From positions 2,356,001-2,420,000 of the forward strand of contig OZ316776.1 of NCBI GenBank assembly GCA_973851085.1: a DNA stretch of 64,000 nt, in the 5' to 3' direction. The stretch comes from Ptychomitrium polyphyllum (lineage: Eukaryota). Of the stretch, positions 32,926 through 44,500 are shown one piece after another. A program made the position numbers and the translations under genes. How positions within the stretch are numbered: the stretch's first letter is position 1; each line of letters starts with the position of its first letter. Below the pieces are notes generated by a model. It saw only the letters and a list, made by a program, of their open reading frames with translations. It did no database searches and had not been told where the DNA came from.

Positions 32926-34071
32926 TGTTGCGCACCTCTCCTTGAGGAGTGCCCGCAACACTAAGGGCACAAGGGGGACCCCGGAGTGACGTCCGGGACT
33001 TGTGGCGCCGATAGTGAGGGAAACCGAGTGGGCCTAACGTGGGAAGGACCCCTAAGGGGGAGAAACATCCTTGCCCATGTAGACCAAGGGCCACAAAGGA
33101 TAGATGGCTGGCATTGGAAGAATCACAAATAACTGATTCTGGAATGCTAAAGATTGTCCAAATCGGACAAGAGAGCTAAAAGTTATGGCATCCCAAAGTT
33201 GGGGTTGCCAAGGGGCGATTCTGGAGTGTGGCAGCGCCACACAGTGACTGTACTGGAGTGGGACAGTCCAGGGAGGGACTCCTCAGGAGTTCCGAACCTT
33301 GGGAGAGGCGTATCTCCCACAATACTAACTCAAATCGGACGTTTGAGGAGTCTATCGGCATCTACGCAAAGATCAAATGACGATAGAGTGGTTGCTTGAT
33401 ACATTTGGGCACCGGATGAGGAAGATATGACTCCCTGAAGGTCCGCTGGGAGCCCCGGAGGCTTCCAGCGGGTAAGTCACAAGTGAGATCAGGTGGTCTT
33501 CCAAAATTCTAGGTGTGTCGAGGTTCAGCCAGCTACAGAGGGCCAAGGGGGCCTGCCAAATCCCACAGAGAGTACTATAAGGGAGGGCTGGTCCCCCTCC
33601 CCACTCCCCTAGTATTCCGGTAGAGACCAAGGGTGAATCTTGGTTGGTGGAGCTAGTGTTGGGGCTTCACCACGGGGACTCCCACACCATTGTGAGCCGG
33701 TGGACAGCTGGTCTCACGAAGGAAACTAGCACGTTCAAAAGGGTACGCTTGTTACCACTAAGTTGGGGTGGTGTCTTCATGCCGGCACCATGATGGCCCG
33801 GAGTGATCTTAGGACCACATGAGCATCATGAGTGGTGGTAAGGAGACACCACTAAGTGCGGTTAGGCCGTGTGGAATGGAAGTAATACTAAGGAGGCCTT
33901 GGACATGAATGGAAGTCCGCACCTAATTATTGGCTACTAATAAATTGGGTGTCCTAAGAGAAATGGTAGAAAGACTTGGAAAGTGAAAATGGGGGTTAAC
34001 CATGTGCATGTGGGGGTGTACAGGGTTGACACACGTAACGCTTGCTAAGGTGCATTACAAGGGTTGCAACA
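32926..34071 (+). repeat. 5' LTR of element B (1146 bp)
   Basis: TGTTGC...GCAACA inverted termini; PBS follows. Confidence 0.92.
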
Positions 34072-34073
34072 TT

Positions 34074-34084
34074 TGGTATTAGAG
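34074..34084 (+). promoter_or_regulatory. Primer-binding site for initiator tRNA-Met (TGGTATTAGAG; consensus TGGTATCAGAG)
   Basis: 2 nt downstream of the LTR end; one C>T change from consensus. Confidence 0.85.
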
Positions 34085-34123
34085 ACGGCTTTGAGTATCC
34101 AAGTGCTACGTTGCGAGGAGGCT

Positions 34124-37100
34124 ATGGGTAAGAAGAAGGCTGGTGATGGCGGTGAGCCTGGGGCCGCTAAACGACTACGCACAAGGGTGAACAATGATCC
34201 CGATCCGATTAATGAGGCTCCATCCTTTGATTCCAATGAGCAAGGAAATGACATTGGAGTTACCGAGGGAGTTGAAGAAACTCAGCAAGACGAAGCGTTA
34301 GAGGGTGGAGAGTACTCAGGAGCTAGGATTCCTGAGCCACCTGAGGGCCTAGAAAGTCAGGACCCTGATTTGAATTTTCGCATGAAAATGCTCGAGTTCA
34401 TGGACGGTATGAACCAAGAACTCAAGCGTGGCAAAGAAGAAAGGACCCGTCAAGAGAGGTTGATTGAGCACTTGATGGCACAAGGTTTTAGGTCCTCATC
34501 TTTGACCAAGAAGTTGGCCAAGGTAAACATGCCCAGCAATTTTTTCGGGCTAGGTAAGGCCAGGAAGGTGAAGGAGTTTCTTTTGGAAATGGACAACTAT
34601 TATGATGTTCAAAAGCCGGAAGAGGTGGACAAAGTTTCAATTGCGGTGACCTTTTTGAAAGACCATGCTCTTCAATGGTGGACAAGTAAAAAGGAACAAG
34701 AGCCGGAGTTGGTGGCAACTTTGTCTTGGGTCAATTTTAAAGAGCTTTTGAGTGAACGCTTCACTCCAGAATACCAAAAGTTGAGGGAGGGCATGAACTT
34801 GGTGCAAATGAGGCACATCGGGCCGCTCAAGACTTATGTGCGAGATTTCAACGCCCAAATGAATGCCACATTCAAAATGGATGAGTTTTCAAAGAAATGC
34901 ATCTTCTTGAGTGGGCTTCAAAAGTCGGTGGTGGACACCTTGTTCAAATTTCCAAAGCTTCCGGAGGACGTGGCGGGAATCATTAAGATTGCGGAAACAA
35001 TTGAAGCCTACGGTCCCAAAAGAAAATCAAGTGGTTCCTCTCAACAAAGTGGATTGAGCCGAAATGTATCTCACGGCGGAGAACGCAAGAAGTATGGCTT
35101 TGGAAACAAACACAAGGGACAAGTAGATGGAAGGGCCTACAATAAAGTGGACCATCATGAGAGAAAACCATTCAAATTGGAAGATAAGAGTGCTGAGGTG
35201 AAGCACAAGCGTTGTCACGGGTGTGGCAAGATTGGCCACTTATTGCGGAGTGCCCCGATAAAAAGGTGAGTACCAAAGCTTGTCACACTTGTGTTGTAGA
35301 TCACATTTTAGAAGGTGGATTAATGGCCAAGGCTAGTAGCCTTAAGCCAAGGTCAAGTCTTTTATACCTTGAGGTCCAAATAAATGGCAAAAATGTCTCA
35401 TGTTTGATTGACACAGGAGCAACGCACTCTTTCATGAGTCCCAAGCTAGCAAGGGTGTTGGGCTTATCGGCTCAAAAAGCTAGCAAGCCCATCAACGTGC
35501 GATTTGCAAATGGCAAACCGTACGAGACGAACGAGGTGGTGTTGGATGTGGTCTTAAGCAGTGGAACATTGGAGTTGAAAGAAAGTTTTACACTATGTGA
35601 GATGGATGAGTTAGATCACATTTTAGGTGATACCTTTTTTGAAACTCATGTAGTGGATGTGAAGCGAAAGCCAGCACGGTTAGTAGTGCGCCATGGTGGA
35701 AAGGAGGCAATATTGAAGTTGACTAGGACTCCTATGGTTGCGGAAGGCAAGTTGAACTTAGTCTCCTTAGAACAATTAATGAATAACCAATTTGTGGTTG
35801 TGATGCGAATGGAGCAAGAAGAGGGGAATAGGCCAAGTGCCAAGGAGGTTAGGACTATTTCCAAGTGCATTCAAAATATACTAAGTGGTTACAAGGATGT
35901 GCTCACCAATGAGCTGCTCGCAGAGTTACCGCCAAGAAGAGAAGTGGATCACAAAATTGAAGTGATACCGGGAACGGAGCCTCCTTCAAAGGCTCCATAC
36001 CGGTTGAACCAAAAAGAGCTAGAGGAGTTGAAGAAGCAATTGAATGACTTGTTGGAAAGAGGCTATGTTAGGCCAGTTAAGTCGCCATATGGAGCACCGA
36101 TCCTCTTCGTGGACAAAAAGGATGGCAAGCTCCGCATGTGTGTTGACTATAGAGCCTTGAATAAAGCCACCATCAAGAATAGCTATCCTTTGCCTTGGAT
36201 CGATGACCTCTTTGATAGATTGGCGGGAGCTAAATACTTTAGTCGGATAGACTTGAAGTCGGGCTACTATCAAATCCGCATTGCGGATGAAGACGTGCCA
36301 AAGACCGCATGTCGCACTAGGATATGGGTCCTATGAATTTTTGGTGATGCCATTCGGGTTGTATAATGCTCCTTCGACGTTCACGACCCTCATAAATACC
36401 ATCTTTCGAGAAGAGATGGATGACTTTGTCATTGTTTATATTGATGACATCTTGGTGTACTCCAAGTCGGCGGAAGAACATGCAAGGCACCTCGAAGTGG
36501 TGCTTCAAAAACTTAGGGACCACAAGCTTTATGCCAACGGAGAAAAGAGTGAGTTTGCTCAACTTGAGATTGAATTCTTGGACCATATAGTGACGGATGA
36601 TGGAATCAAGCCGGATATAAGGAAGATAAAGGCAATTGGAGAGTGGAAACAACCTTCTACACAAAAGGGGCTAAGATAATTTCTCGGCCTAGCAAATTAT
36701 TATAGGAGGTTCATACGCAACTTCTCTAAAATTGCTAGACCTTTGTCCGACTTATTGAAGAAAGGAGCTAGCCAAATATGGGATGAATTTTGTCACTAAG
36801 CTTTTCAAGAACTCAAGGATAAGTTGTCACAACCTCCGGTATTGAAGTTTCCCGAGTTTGAAAAGCCCTTTGAGGTCCACACGGATGCAAGTGACTTTGC
36901 CATTGGCGGAGTGCTCATGCAAGAAGGCATGCCAATTGCCTATGAGAGCAAGAAGTTGGATGGGTGCCAAAAGAGGTGGCCCATGCACGAGAAAGAACTC
37001 TTTGCCGTAGTGCATTGTTTGAAAACATGGCGGCACTACTTGGGCCTACATAAAACCAAAGTCTACACGGACAACGTGTCTTTGAAGTACTTTGAGTCGC

Positions 37101-38752
37101 AAGCACAAATGAGTGCAAAACAATTGAGGTGGCACGACACCTTGGCACTCATGAATGTGGATTTGATCCACAAGCCGAGGCGTGACAATGTAGTGCCGGA
37201 TGCTCTAAGTAGGCGGGAGGAGTTGCAAGCGATGGATACAACCCAAGTCCTGCGAGTAATGTACAAGGGAGAAGGCAATTTGGAAAGGAAGATAAGAGAG
37301 GGGTACATGAAGGACTCCGAAGCACAAAGGCTTCTCGGCAAGCTTAAAAAGGATAAGAAACTTAAGGAAATTAAGTTGGAGAAGGAATTGCTCAAGTACA
37401 AACAAAGTCGGGTGTATGTGCCTCCAGGAAAACTACGGTTGTTGGTTTTGAAAGAAGAACATGATAGTCCCATACCTGGCCATAGAGGGGAAAAAACCAC
37501 CATAGCGGCGGTGTCAAGAAGGTGCTATGGGCCGGGCATGAAAGAAGAGATCACCGACTTTGTGAAAACTTGTATGAAGTGCCAGTTCAATAGAGCGTCT
37601 TACCAAAAGCAAGCCAGTCTACTATAACCTTTGCCAATTCCGCCGGATCCATGACATAGCGTGTCGATGGACTTCATCACAAATCTTCCAGAATCGCAAG
37701 GACATGATGCCATCTTTGTGATGGTGGATTGCTTTAGTAAGTTGGCAATTATGGTGCCAACTAGAAGAACCGTAACTGCACATGAGACCGCAAAGCTATT
37801 CCTCAATGCATGGTGGAAACATCACGGGTTGCCGAAAGTGATTGTGTTGGACCAAGATCTAAAATTCACTAGTGCTTTTTGGAAACATTTCTTTAGGAAA
37901 GTTGGAACCAAATTGACGTTTAGCATTGCCTTCCATCTTCAAACAAATGGGCAAATGGAACAAGTGAACGGAGTCTTGTACCAATACTTGAGGAACTTTG
38001 TGAGTGCGGACCAGTGCGATTGGGTGGATTATGTGAGCCTAGCGGAGTTCAGTTACAATGCGGCTAATCATTCAGCAACAAAGAAGTCGCCATTTAAGGT
38101 GGCCTATGGAGTGGAGCCACTTCAGCCTGCTGACTTAGCTCTCGAAGGGGTACATTCAACACTAGAGTTTAACCAAGATGGTGAGGACTTGGCTAAAAAG
38201 CGAGAACAGATCTTAGAGAAGACCAAGCTTTTGTTGGAAAAGGCACAAAAGCGGTACGAGAAACAAGTCAATGTCGGAAGACGTGAAGTGGAGTATGAAG
38301 TAGGCCAAAAGGTGTTGTTGAATGTGAAGAACTTTAGCTTGCCTGAAGGCCTCACTCCAAAGTTCATGTCCAAGTTTGCGGGGCCGTTTTCCATTGTGGA
38401 GCGGGTGTTTAAAGATGTGTACAAGTTGGAGCTACCACCCAAAATCAAAGTGCACCCAACATTTCATGTCTCACTCCTTAAGCCATTCAAAAAAGATACC
38501 TTGTGGCCCAATCGCAAACAAGTGATTTGGCCACCGCCGGAATTGGTGGGCGACCACTTGGAATACAAAGTAGAAGGAATTCTCAAGTGTAGGCACCACA
38601 AGAAAGTAGGAAAAGAGTATTTGGTAAAGTGGAGAGGGTACCATGAAAAGGAAGCAACTTGGGTAGCAGGCAAGGACTTGGGAAATGCCAATGAAGTGGT
38701 GGAACGCTTTGAAAGGGATAGGAACTCCAACAAAAGACAACGTCGGCATTGA
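34124..38752 (+). pseudogene. Disrupted gag-pol of element B
   Basis: gag (FLKDHALQWW), split zinc knuckle [13 protein letters not shown], protease [21 protein letters not shown], RNase H TDASDFAIG, integrase SMDFITNLP and HPTFHVSLLKP, chromodomain EYLVKWRGY..EATW; frameshifts near 35240 and 36320, stops near 36677, 36797, 37625 and 37652. Confidence 0.93.
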
Positions 38753-39543
38753 TGAGGACATCAATCTCTTTTAGTAGGGGGAGAGTGGCTTGTAGTTATA
38801 ACTTCTTCACATCATGTATTGGTTCCTTGACTTATGGCAATAAAGTTCAACTTTTGTGTGTGCAAAGAGAAGAGTATAAGATGACGTCCTAGTCTTGTGC
38901 TTGTGCTATGTTGGTAGAAGAGGGGGAATAGACATGTGAAACCAAGTTGAAAAGGCCGAGTAATGGGGACCAAGGCTGGGAGGAGGAATGATTAAAACTA
39001 TGAAACCTCCTTGCCCGTGGCTTGTCCGGGCGAGGACAAGGTAATGGCGCGTGCTCATAAAAGCGCCACTCCTACAAACTAACAAAAGTTAGTGCATGGA
39101 AGTCATGAACCCATGTCTCAATAGAGATAGTGGGATCCAGGTTGGGCGGAATTTGGCATTACCCCCGTGCGATCAAGTCGTGGAATAAAAAGCCACCTTG
39201 GGTTTGCAACCAAGACAATTTGGTGGAGCATTGAGGTCCAGCCTAGTCAAAAAGGAAGAGCTAGGGAAGTGTAGCCTAACTAGGGAGTGTATCTCAAGAG
39301 GGTCTCAAAGTAGGTAGGTCTAGAGTAGTTTAGGGCCCCAAAGATTTTTGTCTAGGGTGCTTAAACAAACCACCTCCTAAATGACACCTTTGAGACTTTG
39401 CCAAAGACTTATGAGTGCATTGTGGAGATCACACCCTGGATGAAACACAATGCTGCACCACTAGAGGATGGCAACCTTGGAATTGGTGTGCCGACTACAA
39501 GTATAGTCGATGAGGGCATCGACTCCATTAAGGTGGAGGTGAA

Positions 39544-40656
39544 TGTTGCGCACCTCTGTTTGAAGAGTGCCCGCAACACTAAGGGCACAAGGGGGACCCC
39601 GGAGTGACGTCCGGGACTTGTGGCGCCGATAGTGAGGGAAACCGAGTGGGCCTAACGTGGGAAGGACCCCTAAGGGGGAGAAACATCCTTGCCCATGTAG
39701 ACCAAGGGCCACAAAGGATAGATGGCTGGCATTGGAAGAATCACAAATAACTGATTCTGGAATGCTAAAGATTGTCCAAATCGGACAAGAGAGCTAAAAG
39801 TTATGGCATCCCAAAGTTGGGGTTGCCAAGGGGCGATTCTGGAGTGTGGCAGCGCCACACAGTGACTGTACTGGAGTGGGACAGTCCAGGGAGGGACTCC
39901 TCAGGAGTTCCGAACCTTGGGAGAGGCGTATCTCCCACAATACTAACTCAAATCGGACGTTTGAGGAGTCTATCGGCATCTACGCAAAGATCAAATGACG
40001 ATAGAGTGGTTGCTTGATACATTTGGGCACCGGATGAGGAAGATATGACTCCCTGAAGGTCCGCTGGGAGCCCCGGAGGCTTCCAGCGGGTAAGTCACAA
40101 GTGAGATCAGGTGGTCTTCCAAAATTCTAGGTGTGTCGAGGTTCAGCCAGCTACAGAGGGCCAAGGGGGCCTGCCAAATCCCACAGAGAGTACTATAAGG
40201 GAGGGCTGGTCCCCCTCCCCACTCCCCTAGTATTCCGGTAGAGACCAAGGGTGAATCTTGGTTGGTGGAGCTAGTGTTGGGGCTTCACCACGGGGACTCC
40301 CACACCATTGTGAGCCGGTGGACAGCTGGTCTCACGAAGGAAACTAGCACGTTCAAAAGGGTACGCTTGTTACCACTAAGTTGGGGTGGTGTCTTCATGC
40401 CGGCACCATGATGGCCCGGAGTGATCTTAGGACCACATGAGCATCATGAGTGGTGGTGAGGAGACACCACTAAGTGCGGTTAGGCCGTGTGGAATGGAAG
40501 TAATACTAAGGAGGCCTTGGACATGAATGGAAGTCCGCACCTAATTATTGGCTACTAATAAATTGGGTGTCCTAAGAGAAATGGTAGAAAGACTTGGAAA
40601 GTGAAAATGGGGGTTAACCATGTGCATGTGGGGGTGTACAGGGTTGACACGCGTAA
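39544..40656 (+). repeat. 3' LTR of element B, missing its last ~33 bp
   Basis: Matches 32926-34038; the terminal ...GGGTTGCAACA is absent. Confidence 0.92.
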
Positions 40657-40996
40657 TCTCTTAGAATACTAAGTTATATCAATTGTTTGAAGAATCTATC
40701 AGCATGTACGCAAAATGTGCATGATGATAAAGTGGTTGCTTGATAGATTCGGATACCAAACGTGGAAGATATGGCTCTCTAAAGATCCGCAGAAAGTCCC
40801 GGAGGCTTCCAGCGGCAACTTCCCAATGGAAATCGGATAGTCCTCCAAAGTTTTGGATGTGTTGGAGTTCAGCCAGCTATAGAGGAGCAAGGGGCCTGCC
40901 AAATTCTATAGAGAGTACTATGAGGAGGGCTGCTTCCTCTTCCCACTCTTCTAGTATCTCGATAGACATTAAGAGTGAGTCTCGGTTGGTGGAGCT
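40652..40996 (+). repeat. Diverged internal fragment of an older B-family LTR
   Basis: Aligns by eye with about 33308-33655 with many substitutions; interrupted at 40997 by the LTR of element C. Confidence 0.8.
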
Positions 40997-41599
40997 TGTC
41001 ACGAACATAGACCATGCAAACATAGTTCTTAGTACATTCTAGAACCTTCTAATATACTATAATAGCTTCTTAGAATATTTTTAGATGTCTCCATAGTCTT
41101 TCCCTATTCTTAGGAAGCTTCCTAGGAAAGTTCCTCCAATTTAAAAAATTTCCTAGAAAGGTTCTATCATCTTAAGTAACTTCCTAGGAAGATTCCATCA
41201 TCTTAGGAAACTTTATAGGAAGGTTTTACTTCTTCATGAAACTTCCTAAGAAGGTTCTGCTACCTTTGAAAACTTCCAAGGAAGGTTCCAATTCCTTGAA
41301 AGACTCTTGGAATGGTTCCAACATCTTTGGAAACTTCTTGGGAAGGTTCTTTAGACTTCCAGAACATTCTTAAGCCTTGTAGGAAGCTTCTTTAGAAGTA
41401 TCCTAGGAGATACAAACGCCATAGTATAAATAGGAGGCAAGACAAGGTATTCCTTAGTTTTGCCAACACAAGTTGTGGATCATCTTGAATCCTATCTTAT
41501 TCTAGTCTTTGTATTAAGTTCTTGTCAATCATTAGCTCTTTGAAAGCTAATTCTTGGGAAACACTTCGTTTTTGCTTCTTGTTTCTTGTGACCCCAACA
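40997..41599 (+). repeat. 5' LTR of element C (603 bp) with internal ~31-bp tandem array
   Basis: TG...CA; TATAAAT at 41425; array unit approximately CTTAGGAAACTTCCTAGGAAGGTTCCATCAT. Confidence 0.9.
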
Positions 41600-44500
41600 G
41601 TTTGGCAGGACTACTTTTCATCTCTGTCAGAGCTAAAATCCTTTGAAGAAGATTGTGAATTACCCATCTTCTTTAGAATTCCATAGCGTCTTGGATGTTG
41701 CAAATTACCCTCCTCTAAAGCTGGCACCATAGAGTTGGTTTCTCTCTCTAGAACCAAATATTACTTCTTTCAAAGGACGTGGATTTTCCTCCTTTGAAGG
41801 TACTCATAGTCTTCTTGTCTTTGCCAATCTTAAGAAATTGATAACGTGCTTGGAACATCAAAGAATAGGTTTGCAACTATTGCAAACCTTCAAGAGTTAT
41901 TAAACACAGTTTGAACAGAATTCGCCCGTTTTAATACCACCAACAATTTGAAGCAATACACTCGACAAGCTGAAGAATCCAATGGTGATATTCAAAGCCT
42001 ATATCAAGAGGTTGTTTGATTGTGAGAGGATAATATTGGAAGGGAAGGCTTACGTTGAACCCATGTAGAGCCAAAGATTAGCATGCCAAACAAGTTTGAT
42101 GGATTAAGATCAAAGTTAAGAGGCTTTGTTCAACAAGTAAGGCTCTTCTTTAGTTTGCATCAATCTCATTATCCTGATGGCACAACTTAAGTGGGCTTTG
42201 TGGCCATTCTTTTATCAAACAATGCACCATTGTGGTTTGCACCATTAATGGAGAAGCAGTCACCATTATTGAACAACTTAGATGCTTTCATAGAAGCATT
42301 GATATTTACTTTTAGAGACACCGACCAAGAGAGGGTGGCTGAAACAAAGATCCAGAGTCTCCAACAAGGACAGCGCTCAGCTGCTACATATATTGCAAAG
42401 TTTCGACAATTAGCTTGTGACCTTGATTGGAATGATAAAACGTTAGTCACACGATTTTGATGGAGCTTAAGAAAAAATATAAAGGACTTGCTACTCACAA
42501 TGCCAAGAGTTGAAACATTGGACGAATTCATCATTCAAGCAATAATATGTAACAATAGACTATTTGAGAGGCGCCAAGAACAACGCTTGGGATGGCGACC
42601 AGCACATCAAAGCATGGCTACCACTTCTTCAAAAATATTGGAAAATCAACCATAAAGACCAAAACCTATGCAAATTGATGCTGCTTAGTTCAGACGTTTG
42701 ACTCCAGAAGAAAAAGAAATGCGTCAAAGAGAAAACCTATGTTTCTATTGTGGCAAGTCTGGACATAAAGTGCGCGATTGCCAAATCAAAGGATCTGCCT
42801 TTAAGGCTCAAAGGACAATGGTGGAGTTGGAAAACAAGGTTGTCCAGTCACAGTAGGGACCATGCAACTGGACACCACAAGGAAACTACCATCAAATCAA
42901 GGTCTCTTACTACCTTCAAGTTTTACCTCTTGTTTTACATTTCCTATCAAAATTAAATTGTTAGATGATGAAATAATTAGCGAGGCTCTCTTAGACACTG
43001 GTGCAAGGGCATGTTTTATAGACAAGGATTTTGCGACCAAACATCACATGGTGTTTGTGAAGAAAAAATATCCCGCACCTGTTGAAGTTATTGATGGACG
43101 ATCTCTTGCATCTGGCAACGTTATTGAAGAAATTCAACCCTTAGAGGTTGTTTTAGGAGACCAAGCATCTAAGATTGTCTTCAACATCATTCAATGCCAA
43201 ACGAATCCTATTGTTTTGGGCCTTCTTTTATTCGAATTACATAATTCAAACATTGATTGGCGTTCACGGAGTGTGGTCTCAAGGAAAAGACGCCGAGGTA
43301 TGAGAAATCTTGGACCATCAATTATTGGAGCTAAGGCATTTATGAGAGCGGCGAAGATTGAACCAATCTATGCCATTTATACCACGCCAATGTTTAGCTT
43401 TATAATAGTGACTAATAAAAACATACCTCGTCAATATCAAGATTATAAAGACGTTTTTGAGAAGAAAAATGCGGACATGTTACCAAAGCATCGACCTTAC
43501 GATTGCATCTTTGAGTTGCAAGAAGGAGCCCAACCACCTTTTGGACCTATTTATAACTTAACACAAACTAAGTTGGCTGCCTTGAGAGAATATATTGATG
43601 AAAACCTTGGAAAACGTTTCATTCAACATTCTAAATCACCTATTGGAGCATCCATTCTATTTGTACAGAAGAAAGATGGATCATTACATATGTGCGTGGA
43701 TTATCGAGGCCTCAATAAAGTAACAAAAAAGAATCGCTATCCATTACCATTAATCTCAGGACTCCTACAACAACTTGGCAAAGCAAAGTCATTCACCAAA
43801 ATCGTTCTTAGAAGAGCCTACAATTTTATATGCATCAAAGAAGGAGACAAATGGAAGACAGCTTTCCGATCTAGGTATGGTCATTTTGAATACAATGTCA
43901 TGCCTTTTGGCCTTACTAATGCTCCCGCAGTCGTTCAACACATGATGAATGATATCTTCCAGAAACATCTGAATGATTTTATAGTTATCTACTTTGATGA
44001 TATTTTGATATATTCAAAGGATGAACAAAACCACGAATGTCATGTACGACTGGTCTTAGAAAAATTACGCCAGCGAGGATTATATGCCAAATTAGAAAAG
44101 TGCCTTTTCCATGAATCATCGGTTGAATTTTTAGAATACATCATTTCCAAAGGAGGAATCCATATGGATAAGAAAAAAATAAGCACTATCATGGAGTGGA
44201 ATAGGCCAAGATTAATTTGAGATGTTCAATGTTTCTTGGAATTTGCAAATTTCTACAGGATATTCATCAAGAATTACTCCAAGATTGCGGCACCATTAAC
44301 ACGTCTTACGAGGAAGCAAAAATTCATTTGGAATGAAGAGGCGGAAAAGGCATTTCAAAGTCTTAAGAAGTCATTCATGTCGGTTCCAATTCTTATTCAT
44401 CCAAATCCATCAAAGCCTTTGTATTTGGAAGCGGATGCCTCAGATTTTGCGCTTGGCTCAGTACTCTCACAATATGATGAAAACGGGAGACTTCACCCTC

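Larger units (their letters stand above)
32926..40656 (+). mobile_element. Element B: Ty3/gypsy chromovirus with near-identical LTRs, inserted into element A; 3' LTR truncated
   Basis: Direct repeats at 32926 and 39544 (offset 6618), tRNA-iMet PBS, purine-rich tract before 39544, gag-PR-RT-RH-INT-chromodomain order. Confidence 0.95.

Noticed and set aside
35212..35269. Programmed ribosomal frameshift between gag and pol of element B
   Set aside because: The frame change splits the CCHC knuckle (CHGCGKIGH / IAEC) and there is no convincing slippery site; a 1-bp deletion explains it better.
41100..41400. CRISPR-like array
   Set aside because: Contiguous tandem units with no unique spacers, inside an LTR of a eukaryotic retrotransposon.
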